Below the pieces are notes generated by a model, which worked only from the letters and a program-made list of their open reading frames with translations, was not told the origin of the DNA and searched no databases. A stretch of 64,000 bases of DNA from Ylistrum balloti. Lineage: Eukaryota. The position numbers were made by a program, and so were the translations under genes. The stretch spans positions 496,001 to 560,000 of the forward strand of contig NW_026781869.1 in the NCBI RefSeq assembly GCF_031769215.1. Reading direction: 5' to 3'. This document shows, in pieces, positions 13,001-28,000 of the stretch (its first letter is position 1; each line of letters begins with the position of its first letter).

Positions 13001-16000
13001 TATGTCTCTAGGATAGACGCCTATAGATCAGGTACAGATTGGGTGATTATTTACACTCGTAATTAAGAGTGTTTTGTTTTGATACGTGACCACTCTTGGC
13101 ATACAGACATTAAATCTACATGATATAGGTACACTGACAAGCTGAAAAACGGGTCCTGTTGTACTCTTTTATCTGTGATTTTAGCCAAGACGAAGAACTA
13201 GCCAACATGTCTTTTTCTGGGGGACCGCGTTTCAGATATAACCCTTGCTATAGATGCAGCAGTGCACTCAGTAAACAAAAACCGGTGAATAAGGCAACAG
13301 CTCAGAAAGTATCGTCTTGTTCTTGTTCCCATTCACTACTATATTAATTCATTACCTGATTTAAAGATCCAGAGACGGTGGCAATTAACGCAGTGATCAT
13401 GATAGATACTCCCCCGTAGAACAGAACTGAAACACACCAAAATACATTAAACATCAGATATATCGTTCAAAAGCCTGGCAATATTTAATTCATGGCAGCA
13501 ATATTATTAACAATACGAAATAATTTGTAATGATGAAATCATATCCTCCTACATAGTGCTATTAGATCCATCGATCTGTCATGATGGGGAGGGGGGATAT
13601 GAATAAAACAATGTAAACAGGGACTACTATTTACAGTATAATGAAATAAGATGGTAACGTGATGATGCTTGGAGTGGTCGTACACTTCAAACAAACAAAA
13701 AATAGTTTAAAAAAAGAAGGAGAATGTTCTTTGATCTGCAAACTTAGAGACACAATATCCGGATGTTAAAGGGTGTTAAAAAACGAACAGCCCTCTTAAA
13801 AGATATTAATCGTACCTGAGATTTTGGCAATGGCTGTGGCTTTTCTATCAGACAGGTCCTGGTACCGAGGTTTAATAAAATCTTGAACTGTTTGAGCACT
13901 AAGACAACTCAATCCAGATGAAATTGTGCTAAAAACAGGATAATATTTGAAACTTTCGTTAAGGAAATTAAATTTATTTCGTCATAATAAAGGTATTGTG
14001 GATTAAGATTTATATATCACAGCACGTATCTAATTCGCTAATATTGAATCCTTCAAAAAATTAATTATAATATGCCAACTTTAGATATGCTCTTCAAAAT
14101 CATTGTGAAAAAACATTGTTTGTTATGCTATGTCTAACATGTATGACATTACACATTACAAAGTATGTTTCATTAATGGAGATAATCAGTCTCTAATAAA
14201 GGTTGGAAATGATATGAACTTATTGTTATAAAATATTTTCAATTAAAAACGCATCCCAAGCAGTCTTGCTCTGTTTGTTCTTCAAAGTATTCTTTGCGTC
14301 ACATTCATCATATTAAACAACCTACCTCAAGGAGGCACTAAACAAAGAAGCAAGGAAAAGTCCCGAGAGTCCCGAAAGGCCGTGAAATATCCTCACCACC
14401 ATATATGGTAACAACTGAGGTAAAAATTATTTAAATATCTTATTCCAATTGTTAGATGACTACTTTCTTAAATATGATATAAGAACGTCAATCTATTTTA
14501 TAGTTTCTGTATTGCCATAATCAAGAAGCTGGATTGTAAAAGATGTCTACCTGGTTAGCATTCTTAATCCGGCCCGACGTGAGAGGATCGCAGCCGACAA
14601 CATTGAAGTAAGCAAACATCACTAGACTTTCGAAATTCACTAAAAGTGCAATAGCAAAAAAGGCTGGAGCAGCAAACCACATAATTCTGAAAACAAAGCA
14701 AAATGATAAGATAAATAAATTATAGATTAATGAATAAATGCATCTATGATTTCATTCAATTAACTGATTGTATCACAAGAACAACATTAATCATGGACAA
14801 TGAAATGTAACAGCAAATGTTTTACAATGACTAGGAAAATGTATTTAATTATGTTGTAACGTCTATCAGGTTTTTTTCTGCTATAGTGGTCTTACATCTT
14901 CTAATGTTCTCGTGCTGGACTTTACGTTCTTTATAATTAACCTTCTGTTCTGTGCTGGACGGTAGGACAGGGAAATCTCTATTCGAGGGGCGGGTTCACG
15001 ACTGTCTAACCAGAGGCTTTACCGAAGGGATGATTCACATCTGTCTAATCACTGGCTTTACTGAGGAGGATATTTACGACTGTCTAACCAGGGACTTTAC
15101 CGAGGAGGAGATTCACGACTGTCTAACCATAGGCTTTCCCGAGGAGGAGATTCACGACTGTCTAACCAGGGACTTTACCGAGGAGGAGATTCACGGCTGT
15201 CTAACCCGAGGCTTTGCCGAGGAAGAGATTCACGACTGTATAACCATAGGCTTTACCGTTTAGGAGATTCACGACTGCCTAACCAGGGACTTTACCGAGG
15301 AGGAGATTCACGACTGTCTAACCAGGAACTTTACTGAGGAGGAGATTCACGACTGTCTAACCAGGGACTTTACCGAGGAAGAGATTCACGACTGTATAAC
15401 CATAGGCTTTACCGTTTAGGAGATTCCTGTCTAACCAGGGACTATGTCGAGGAGGAGATTCACGACTGTCTAACCAGGGACTTTACCGAGGAGGAGATTC
15501 ACGACTGTCTAACCAGGGACTTTACCGAGGAGGAGATTCACGGCTGTCTAACCCGAGGCTTTGCCGAGGAAGAGATTCACGACTGTATAACCATAGGCTT
15601 TACCGTTTAGGAGATTCACGACTGCCTAACCAGGGACTTTACCGAGGAGGAGATTCACGGCTGTCTAACCCGAGGCTTTGCCGAGGAAGATATTCACGAC
15701 TGTCTAACAAGTGGTTTTACCGAGGAAGAGATTCACTACTATCTAACTCGAGACTTTGCCGAGGAAGAGATTCACGACTGTCTAACCAGGGACTTTACCG
15801 AGGAGGAGATTCACGGCTGTCTAACCAGGGACTATGTCGAGGAGGAGATTCACGACTGTCTAACCAGGGACTTTACCGAGGAGGAGATTCACGACTGTCT
15901 AACCAGGAACTTTACCGAGGAGGAGATTCACGACTGTCTAACCAGGGACTTTACCGAGGAGGAGATTCACGACTGTCTAACCAGGGACTTTACCGAGGAG

Positions 16001-19000
16001 GAGATTCACGACTGTCTAACCAGGGACTTTACCGAGGAGGAGATTCACGACTGTCTAACCAGGGACTTTACCGAGGAGGAGATTCACGACTGTCTAACCA
16101 GGGACTTTACCGAGGAGGAGATTCACGACTGTCTAACCAGGGACTTTACCGAGGAGGAGATTCACGACTGTCTAACCAGGGACTTTACCGAGGAGGAGAT
16201 TTACGACTGTCTAACCAGGGACTTTACCGAGGAGGAGATTCACGACTGTCTAACCAGGGACTTTACCGAGGAGGAGATTCACGACTGTCTAACCAGGGAC
16301 TTTACCGAGGAGGAGATTCACGACTGTCTAACCAGGGACTTTACCGAGGAGGAGATTCACGACTGTCTAACCAGGGACTTTACCGAGGAGGAGATTCACG
16401 ACTGTCTAACCAGGGACTTTACCGAGGAGGAGATTCACGACTGTCTAACCAGGGACTTTACCGAGGAGGAGATTCACGACTGTCTAACCAGGGCTTTGCC
16501 GAGGAAGATTCACGACTGTCTAACCAGTGGACTTTACCGAGGAGGAGATTCACGACTGTCTAACCAGTGACTTTACCGCGGAGGAGATTCACGACTGTCT
16601 AACCAGGGACTTTACCGAGGAGGAGATTCACGACTGTCTACCAGGAACTAGGAGGAGATTCACGACTGTCTAACCAGGAACTTTACTGAGGAGGAGATTC
16701 ACGACTGTCTAACCAGGTACTTTACCGAGGAGGAGATTCACGACTGTCTAACCAGGAACTTTACCGAGGAGATTCACGACTGTCTAACCAGGAACTTTAC
16801 TGAGGAGGAGATTCACGACTGTCTAACCAGGGACTTTACCGAGGAGGAGATTCACGACTGTCTAACCAGGGACTTTACCGAGGAGGAGATTCACGACTGT
16901 CTAACCAGGGACTTTACCGAGGAGGAGATTCACGACTGTCTAACCAGGGACTTTACCGAGGAGGAGATTCACGACTGTCTAACCAGGGACTTTACCGAGG
17001 AGGAGATTCACGACTGTCTAACCAGGGACTTTACCGAGGAGGAGATTCACGACTGTCTAACCAGGGACTTTACCGAGGAGGAGATTCACGACTGTCTAAC
17101 CAGGGACTTTACCGAGGAGGAGATTCACGACTGTCTAACCAGGGACTTTACCGAGGAGGAGATTCACGACTGTCTAACCAGGAACTATACCGAGGAGGAG
17201 ATTCACGACTGTCTAACCAGGTACTTTACCGAGGAGGAGATTCACGACTGTCTAACCAGGAACTTTACCGAGGAGGAGATTCACGACTGTCTAACCAGGG
17301 ACTTTACCGAGGAGGAGATTCACGACTGTCTAACCAGGGACTTTACCGAGGAGGAGATTCACGACTGTCTAACCAGGGACTATGTCGAGGAGGAGATTCA
17401 CGACTGTCTAACCAGGGACTTTACCGAGGAGGAGATTCACGACTGTCTAACCAGGGACTTTACCGAGGAGGAGATTCACGTTACCGAGGAGGAGATTCAC
17501 GACTGTCTAACCAGGGACTTTACCGAGGAGGAGATTCACGACTGTCTAACCAGGAACTATACCGAGGAGGAGATTCACGACTGTCTAACCAGGAACTTTA
17601 CCGAGGAGGAGATTCACGACTGTCTAACCAGGGACTTTACCGAGGAGGAGATTCATTAACGACTGTCTAACAAGTGGACTTTACCGAGGAGGAGATTCAC
17701 GACTGTCTAACCAGGGACTTTACCGAGGAGGAGATTCACGACTGTCTAACCAGGGACTTTACCGAGGAGGAGATTCACGACTGTCTAACCTTTAGCTTTA
17801 CCGAGGTTTAGACGGTCAGGAATCTCTTCCATTGGTCATGCTTTCTCTGCCTACCCTCAAACTAGGGAATGATCCCTTTTCTACCCCTATCTTCAGCATG
17901 CTTGTTATATATGAATTATTAGATAATTTAAATATATGCTGTCAAATACGAAAATAATAGAGTTTTATTTTTATTTTGATCGGTTTGTAATCTACGTTAT
18001 ACACTGTACAGACAATCGTGTTGATAACTCATTGACATAAATACTGACTTACAGTGATACTAAACTTATTAAAAACTATCCATATTTATTAGTCATGTAT
18101 ATCACAGCTCAAATTTACAACTTCCATTTTAGCTCGTGTTTATATTCTGTACCTGCAGACTGTCTTATCCCGGCGAGTTAGAGCTATCTTACCCTGTGTG
18201 GAAGTGTGGATATCTCTGTCCGATGGAGTAGAAATATTAATGTTTCTGTTTGCAATATGACTAATACTTGAAGTATTTTACCAGCGTAATTGTTTCATTT
18301 TATCGGTACTTGTGTTTAAATACGACCGAAATAGTCAGGCACCATATTATTTTTGAGGCCTCAAAACGAGTTTGCTCTCAATGGTTGCACAGAAGAACTG
18401 ATATATAGATCTGCTGATAAAGATTACAAAATATCATGCGACATGACCAAGGTATAGGGAGGGAATCATTTGATAGGCAAAAAAGTGTTAAAACATTTCC
18501 TAGCACTATTATTGCCTGCAACTCTTGAGGATAGTATAAAGCCAGCAAAATATCAACGCAGAATATATAACTTGAATATAAAATCCTCTCGTGTTCGGAA
18601 AAGAAATATTTGCTTCAAACATTCGGTAAACTATCAACGGTTTGATCCGTCGAGGAGGCCAAACCTAATACAACCTCTGTAACGAAGCCGTACAAACAAC
18701 ATTATTCTCACATCTTACTTCTTGAATTGACATACGTGAACATAACATTTTCACCTCTTGCCTTCTCGTTATGTTTTACAGAACTAATCCTTTAGATACA
18801 TGCTTACCTCTTGCCTTCTTGTAATGTTTTGACGGAACTAATTCTTTGAACTGTTGCTTGATTAAACAACATGCCAAGCGAGCTAATGTAAGATCCAAAA
18901 AATAGTGACCAGAACGTCTGCCGAACCGTCGGATCAGGATCAAAGCTGGAATTAAGACCTTATTATTTCAAGACATTGTTATGTACTTTATTAATTTTTT

Positions 19001-22000
19001 TTATTTTAAAACTAAATGAAATATATATTTCAGAAACTGTTTTCAATTCGATGATTCATGTTGTTAGGATGCTGTGTCTATAGCTTTAACACTATACACA
19101 AAGTCCTAAGCTTCGACCTAAATGTTCGAAACAGTCCGCACGTACCCAGTAAATCATGTGACGGTCACGTGAGACTACAGTAACACCTGGTCGCTAATTT
19201 TTGCCTGAGCACCACACTATCGATATTTTACGGCAAAATATACTTGATATAAAAATAGGCGTTCCTTAGGACGGATGAAAGGTGTCTATTCTTCTGATTT
19301 GTTATGTTAATATTTCTGCGTAAATATGACGTAGTGATGTTAACTATGTCGACATTACAAAACGTTTCCAATAGAAGAGAGAAAAAAAGATTTTTTTATA
19401 GAATGTGAATACTTTTCATCGTTTTTAATCCATTCAAACTCCGTTAATATGTATTTTGTTTTGATAAAGGACATGGGGTGCTCTGGAAAAGATTATACTA
19501 AAAGTGCAAATGGTTTTGAAAATGAATTGTTTTAAATATATCAGAATACTAATAAAAATATTGTCTGTATCAATGTCATGACAGGCAACCAGGCTGTAAA
19601 CAACGCCGATAATCTAATGAGAGACTAATTGAGAACATTAACCCATATACGTTACTTTTAGATTCGTGAACGATAAAACGATGAACATGATTAAGTAGCC
19701 ATTTTAAATTGACTTTGTTGAGCTCAGTAGAGTTGGATCCTTCGATTTGCAAACCTGTCTTAGGAAAACCCTTTATCTATGTTATGTTTACTTTTGTCAG
19801 GAGGAGTTTTTTTCTGTGAGTACGAATGCACGTGTCTTAAAGTGACGTGTACTAATATCACGCATTACATGTTCTTGCTGATTCTCACTTGAAATAATTG
19901 AGTCTGAGATTTTCGTAATTGATCTGGAAGACTTTCCCGACGTTTCCAACATCCATGGTACCCTTTTAAAGAGGAAAGATACATTTTTATTAATGAAATA
20001 TGTAGTAACCTTAACAATAACATATCTTGTTATTACAGTAGCAGCGAAAATGCATTCAATATATTAGTACTCGATATATGAATAATATAAGCGATCAACT
20101 ATTCATGATAAACATTAAATATTTCGCCATATTTATCACTTTATGACGTAATTGATTGATTATTTTTCCCTTCTTTATTTACATACCTGTTTACTAAATT
20201 TCTTAAATTTAACAAGATATCACAGCTTATGCCATTAAAGGTTTGATATGGAATTTAACATACATAAAAGGGTAAACTTACTTTTATGATAACAGCAATC
20301 ATACCTAAGATCATAATGAGGCATTGTAATACGTCTGTCCATACGACCGCCTTTAGTCCTCCCTGTACAGAGTTTACATCATAACAATCGTAATATATCC
20401 GCCAAAATGGCTTCGTTGACAATAACATTGCTGTGTGTTTGCGAACATGACCCTTTAGTCCCCCTCTGACAATACATAATGAGACATTGCAATACATCTG
20501 TCAAAACGACCGACTTGAATGCGCCTTGTACAAATAGATACGACAATGTAGTGCATCTGTCCACACCACTATTCTATTCCATCCTGAACAGACATAGAAT
20601 AAAAAATGTTACACATCTTTTCAAACGAACGATTAGTTGGAATAAGCCGGGTGCAGATATATGAATATCAGACATTGCAATCGACTGCTTTGAGGCCGTC
20701 CTGTACAGCTACTCACAATTTGATAGGGATCACTTTTTTATTAAATGTGTAACGGTATCTATTTTATGAATATATTCTACAGTTGAATTTATACATATTT
20801 CGGCATTATAAGATGAAGATTTAACAACACCAAGCGAAGAATAACAGTATAAATTTGCTTCAATACTCATTGTACACAGATACCCCGAAAATCGCAAATT
20901 ACGACAAAAGGGGCGAACAATTAAGTCCTAAGAAACAGTGCCGTTCAGCGAAAAATACAGTGTTAGTATCGAGTATAACGTCCTTGAGCATCAATTACGC
21001 TCTGGCAGCGGCGGCGCATGTTTCTGATCAAGTCTCGTATCCGGTTTTGGGGAATACTTGTCCATTCAGCGACGAGAGCTGCTTGAAGTTCCTGAAGCGT
21101 TCTAGGTTGGATGTTTCTCGCCGAAACAGCGTTCTGAAGCATGTCCAACATGTGTTCTATAGGATTGAGATCTGGAGATCGGGCTGGCCAGTTTTATCCT
21201 TTCAACTGTTTCCCTTTACAGATATTGTTCAGTCGCACGAGCTCTGTGTGGTCACGCATTATCGTCCATAAGAATGAATTCCGGACCTATAGCACCAGCA
21301 TAAAGCCTGACGTACACGTCCAGGACTTCGTCACAGTACCTCTGTGCAGTCAAACTGCCATTAAGGAACACATGAAGATCGGTCTTGCCTTGCATGCTAA
21401 TGCCACCCCAAACCATAACAGATCCATCACCGTATCGGTCATGCTGGGAAACGTTAGCGGCATGGAACCTCTCATTTGGTAGTCGACACACCCTGGCATG
21501 TCGGTCAGTGAAATCTAAGCGAAATCTAGACTCGTCTGTAAAAAGTACGCGGGGACCAGTCATGTGGGTTCCAATTCACATGATCACGAACCCAAGCAAG
21601 TCTAGCTTGAACATGTCGTAACGTCAAAGGAATTCTCACAGCAGGTCTGCGCGACCTTAAACCAGCATCATGAAGTCTATTTCTCACAGTTTGTGTGGAG
21701 ATACGAGTTCCGGTGGCATTCTGGAAGTCATTACGTAGTGACGTAGCGTTGATGAACCTTTGACGTCGAACTGCAATAACAAGATAGCGGTCTTGACGCT
21801 GCGAGGTAAGTCGTTCCCGACCCCCACCATGTCTTCTGGAGACAGTTCCATAATTTTGGTAACGATTCCACATACGGGACACAACACTCTGGGACACAAC
21901 AAGGTCATTGGCCACTCCCTTTTTGACCTACCAGACTGGATCATACCAATGTCCCTGTCCATATCTGAAGTGCTTAGACGTCTTCTAGCCTGCTGTCGGG

Positions 22001-25000
22001 GCATTTTGAAACCATTGAAATTCAAAATGTAAAGCGAAAAGCGAGATATTCTGCCAGAAACGTATTGATGACAATCTGCACGTAGGAGGCTCGTGCGTGT
22101 ACACGTGAAGTGTAAGCGTTACGGGTGACTGACCACATAAATACCCGATACACATAGACCTCGGTACAGATATAAACCAACAAATATAAGGAATACGTAT
22201 TATTTTATTTTAAAAGAAAATCCCTATCAAATTGTGAGTAGTATATATTAGATATACATATATATGGACATGACCACATTCAGTTTGTCTTGAGATACAC
22301 ATGTATACAAATCATTTAGACATTAAGCTATATGTCTATAAACGACCATTTATAGTCTATACCTTTGTGAAATATACTGTGATTTAAAGATGTAAATCAA
22401 AACATGATTCTTAGATATATCACAAGACAAGAGACATAGATCAGATCTTCTTAATCAACCATGACAAACAATATAAAATGGCGCTAAGTGAAACACAAGG
22501 AATAGACGATCCTACGTGTTCTGCTAAATGTCTATAAAATAATTAAAACAATTAACAGTATTTGTCAGGAGATTGAACCCAGGGCCTCAACCTGTCTGCC
22601 GTCCTGATTCTGGGGCATAAGATAAAAACAAAGAGCAAAACAGTTATGATGATCTGATGTTATACTTACGATTGACGTGTAGATAATTGATGCTCCCGCT
22701 ACAGAAAATACGGAAGCCCAGAACGGGAAGTCCGTCACTAGATGTTGAAATATAAAATCAGGCAACTGTGTCGACTCTAATGAATGTTGTTATATATGCT
22801 TTGGTTATGTATATACGGTAAACACTTAAACATATAATACATTACCTATCCTGCAATCATACCGTGAAACTCATTGTGGCATTAACATATATACGTCAAT
22901 AACTTCACTAGAACCTTAAGCTGAAGAACCACACTCTTCTCCAAACCACCAACCCCACCCCAATCTCCTCCCTCTGGCATGATGGACGGACGCATACCTC
23001 TATGAACACTGTTAGCTCTTTCTTTTTTTCGTATCGAAAGTGGAATATATTCTGCTCAATATGTACCATTATAATTGATGAAAGATAGATAGTATTACAC
23101 ATCAATATTGATGATTTAGAATCCATTTAGTGAAAGATAATTATTTTAAATATGAGTTTTGATTCAAACCTTTCTTTCGATATTTAAGTATTTCATATTA
23201 TCATCATAATTGCATTCATACTCGTAAATATTTTCAATGCTTTCAGGTGATTTTCAAAATCGAGCGAAAAATGAAATGATTACATGTTAAAGGTATAACA
23301 ATGATAGGAAAAATTAGTTGTTATTTTCATTATCTTTCTTTTTCCTTCCATCTTTTGTAAATTCTCACCTGCTGCTAGTACTAAGGCCGGTCCATACAGA
23401 ACGATACCAATGTAAAATAACTATAACAAAAAGAATGGCCGATCAAAGTATCACAAAATCCGTTTGTAAAAAGACAAAATTATTGGTAAGCAGCATTGGA
23501 TACACTTGCCACGCTAATTAGATAGATAGATAATTAGATAGATATTAAACAGATAAATACTTTAACAGATTAATTGAGATCAGTTATGCAATATTTTTTC
23601 TAAATAGATGTCATTCAGAATATGTACTTCGAATTTGTCTTATGAATAGTGTATGATTATTATTGTTTGCTATGTTTAAAAATGGTAACATTTCATTTGT
23701 GTAAATATGACTACGGGTAATAACAAAAATTTTTAACCGATTGTTCCTAGAAGAGTTATAACAGACAGTAATCACAACACTAGTATATACCTACATAATG
23801 AAAGATTCCTATTACTGTTGCCAAAGACCGGGGTGCTTTGCTGTTGTATCGGAGCTCGAAATACTGTAAAAGTCAAAATATAAACCATGGTTCATTATAA
23901 AATCTAATAAACACAAAAGATAAATACTATCTATCGCAACATAAGCTTTAAGGTTATGTCACTCACCCTTATTGGTCCGGAATATCGAACCCCGAACCTC
24001 TGAGTGAAAAACTTGAGTGTTGTCAGTACACCATTCGTCCATCGACATTCTACTATCAACTACTTATTTAATGATAATATATATTTTGTACTCCGAAAAA
24101 ATCGGTAATACAATGCAATGTTTTTTATGATATTTTTTTCTTAAGAATTCAAATGAAGTGGAATACCTCGAACACGCTTGTTAGTTTGAGCGGATGAAAT
24201 AAGGGCACAACCACTCGTATTGCTGTCAGGGTCGTAAACATAAAAGCAACACTTGTCCAGAGAAGTTGATCGCCGTAGATATAGATTTCGGCTGGGTAGC
24301 CAAGAACAAGAATGGAAGACTCAAACGAAACAACAAACGAGATTGCAACCGGCAACATCTTCAGTCGTCGATTCCCAACCAGATATTCCAAAGTTGTCTT
24401 CTGTCCTCCACCGGAACAAGCCGAATACACACCTAGTAGAAATCATTAGCATACTGCCTTCCGACTAGCCTAGCATACTTACAGCAGATGCGATGATATT
24501 TATAGAGACATGGTAAGAACGACTTATTAAATAGTGTTACAGCTGGTTAAAATGTTAAATAAGAGTTAATGTGGATTTGACACTCAATTAACAATGGTTA
24601 AGCATATCAACATGGATTAATGATTTCGTATGAGATTGAATATTCCATGTAAAAGGTCAATGACCCTCCCGTTGTACTATGGTTGAGATAATGCCACATT
24701 ATGGTAGTTCATTTTTCCGGTATCCATACAGATTCAAAGCATACCTGATTTATTGGAATTGAATCTCAATTTATTAATATAATAAATTCCATTTGAAATG
24801 ATCACTTAGAATAAGTTGTCATTAAAGAGTTTCGACTTCCAAATCAGTTTCATGGCCTTAAAGACTCATATACAGTGCACTTCATGTTCCCCAATAACAT
24901 TTAAGTGCAAATGGGTCGTTTATGAACGTTAAAAAAACAGAAGATCAAAATGTGACGATAATTTTTTCATGTTTTTTTTCGCGATGTTTTGTTAAAATTT

Positions 25001-28000
25001 CTCAAGTCTGGAAAAAGAACATCAAGAGAATACCAACATGGCAACATAATCTTAATCCAAAGTCAAATTCCATAAAACTAGGGCATAATATGAAAAAAGA
25101 CAAAGATTTACACGGAGACTCCTGAAAAGGTACAAGGAGAATAAGACCAGGTGTTCCGGAAGAGAGCGCGATAAATTAAGCAACGGTGTATAATCATGTT
25201 AACCATTCAATGCATTTCTGAAATAACTCGGTTTTAGAAAGTTTCCCTAACAAAAGACATGTTAATAATGTTTCAACAATTAGAACGTGGTTAGAGTAAG
25301 GGTAAGATGACATACCTATCCCAATTGAGAGAGTGATCATCCCAGCAAAAACAACATAGTCAGCTACGTGAAAACCGAAATCCGATGCTGCAACAGAGGC
25401 GACATACCTATTTTAAAATGACATCTAAGTGTCGAAATAATCTGAGGATTATCTACATGATAAAGGTTAAATACTTATATACCTATAAATTATGCATTAA
25501 CATGTCTATATACTACTTACACCTTGCTAATGAAACTTATTACGTAATTACAATCAGTCAGAAAATGAGGGTCATCTAAGAATCAGTAATCTCAAAAAAA
25601 AAAAGTTAAATTGGTCCAAATTAATACTAAACCAGCAATCACTCCAGCACAATATCTGACATGCCCCAAATGAGATCGCGTATCTGATTTTTGATTGATA
25701 GCTTTCAACTCAATCGGCTACATGTACCAAGGCTGTTCCCAGCTAATGGAATGTCTATGGCTACAATTTTTTTGTAAAGAGAGCGGTCTGCGGCATGTCT
25801 TACACATGCTCGATTGAATTTAAATCCCCTTCTGGAATACTGGAAAACAACGTTAATACCTCCCCTTACGATTTTTGAACACCCGGTATATCGGCCAATT
25901 CAATAATATTACATGCATGAAACCCCTCGCTAACCCCCAGCGAATTAGAGACAGACTTTGAACTCGTCGGAGGAATATTTCTTTTTCATAAAGAGTCCAT
26001 GTACAGTGGGTTTAACAGAAAACATATCGGTCAGACAAGGGAACTTGTACAGCTGTTTTACCAGCATTACAAAGACACGTGCTAATTCTATGAGTGGTTA
26101 CCCTGATACTAAGGGCATTTCGGAGGTTGACGCAATGTCTGTAAAAGCACGAATTGATCTTTAGGTCCCAAACCACCTCAAATTCCCTTAATTTTTTCAC
26201 CGTTATCAAACCGTTGTCTGGTCTCTTTGTGTCATACTAACTCCTGAACTCTCAGGATTGAAAATAAAGCAAACGTTAAAATTGGTTTATGTCTGCCTAA
26301 AGATCACTGAAAACACAACAGGAAAATACCAACATGTCAACATAATCATAATCAAAACTCAATTCTACGGTAAAATCATCGACAACATTCGCTATGTGAA
26401 TCTTGATCAATCCAGGTAAGTTCTGTCCCGTTTTAAAATAAAAACAAGGTATACAACAACGCAAGCAACATGCAAACTAACAAGCATCAAACATGTCCAA
26501 TTTCATGTCACACAAAGAAATAGAATATTTCTCAATGAGATTACTATGCTGACAGTAAAACTTCAGAGTTCCCCATAATTTTCATCAACTTGCATGTTTT
26601 GAACCCCTTTATTATAATTTTTTTCACCAGTTGACGACTTCATGAACGAAAATCGTGATAGTTAAAACTAACCCTTGAATATCAGATCAACTGCGACACC
26701 ATAGGTCGGGAATGCAGGAGGGTTGTTATCCAGATATGAAGAAAAATTTACATTAAAGAAAATCATAACACTTATCATACAGCTTGGTGGAAAGCTGTCC
26801 ATTCTTGTTCCATTGTAGGAAAAGATCGAGAAGAGATGCTAATATAGAAGAGTCTTTAGTGTCTTTAATTTCTAATTTTGATAGGTATTTACGATGAATA
26901 GTTCAATACATTTCTTATTAATTAAAGACAAGATCTCCCGTTTCTTTAAGCTTTTTGATGAATTCAGTTTCGTATGAAAACAAACACAAGTCAGCGAACA
27001 GATCTGCAGGGGCACAGTTATAATTCCATAGGTATACCAAAGTATGTTGAAAGATAAGGGGTTAATTAAGATTCACTTCTTTAGAAAACCATATGAGAAA
27101 AAGACTGTAAGGTAGATAAGATAGATCTAAGAATGATAGTTTGTAGTTTTGATATATTTTGGGTTAAATAACAAGGGAAACCAGCCGTAAAACGTTGCCT
27201 ATATAATGTTGTTGTGAAGTTTAAGAATCCAATGTAAAAGGTCGGAGGTCTGTATCCTGATAATTAATAGATAATCAAAATCATTGTAATATTCTTTGCG
27301 GACAAGAAGTTTTTGGACGCCTTATCTGAAGGCACATTAAGACACCACATGGCAAGTAAATATTGTGGATTTAGCGTTACTATTGAAGAAAGCAGACAGG
27401 TCATTTTATATATCAAGCTGCAAATAGTGTAAGATTATGGACCAAACACACTCAGAAACTGAATCCAATACACCATGTTCTCGTTTTGACCATTCTCTTG
27501 CATAATTTACAACGGAATCCATAAATATTTTGAAATTTATATTCCAATTAACGGACAGTGTTTCGCAATATTTAGGACCCTTAATAAAAAAACTCTTAGA
27601 TTAATATCTTGATCGATTCTTAAATCACCAGTCACAATGAGGCCTGTTGAACCGTAGGTACAAGTAGAACAAGAACAAGCTGACGGAGGAACAACTCTTA
27701 GGTCATCTACATTCAGGTGTTGTAGCGTTTGATTGTAATGGAAAGGTTTGGATGCAATGGACCTGGGGTAACTGTAAGACATTACAAAAGTATTTCTGCT
27801 TTGAAAGAATGGATTTCTGTTGTAAAATATTGCTGACCTTAATAGCACACACTCCCTTATTTACAAATTCAAATTAAATACATTGGCGATTTGTTGGAGG
27901 TTCAATTACTTCTAAAGTAACTAAAACACCTTTCTCATTAATGTTTCTGGACAACAAAAACATTTATACAAAGCGAAATGCATCCCAGAAAAGATAATAA

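Noticed and set aside
14952-17800. (EEEIHDCLTRDFT)n as a repetitive protein gene
   Set aside because: It lies antisense inside an SLC5 intron, the frame is broken by stops and indels in several units, and there is no unique coding flank.
23960-24050. tRNA-like A/B boxes on the minus strand (also at about 22570-22605)
   Set aside because: No complete cloverleaf can be drawn, so these are more likely SINE heads than tRNA genes.
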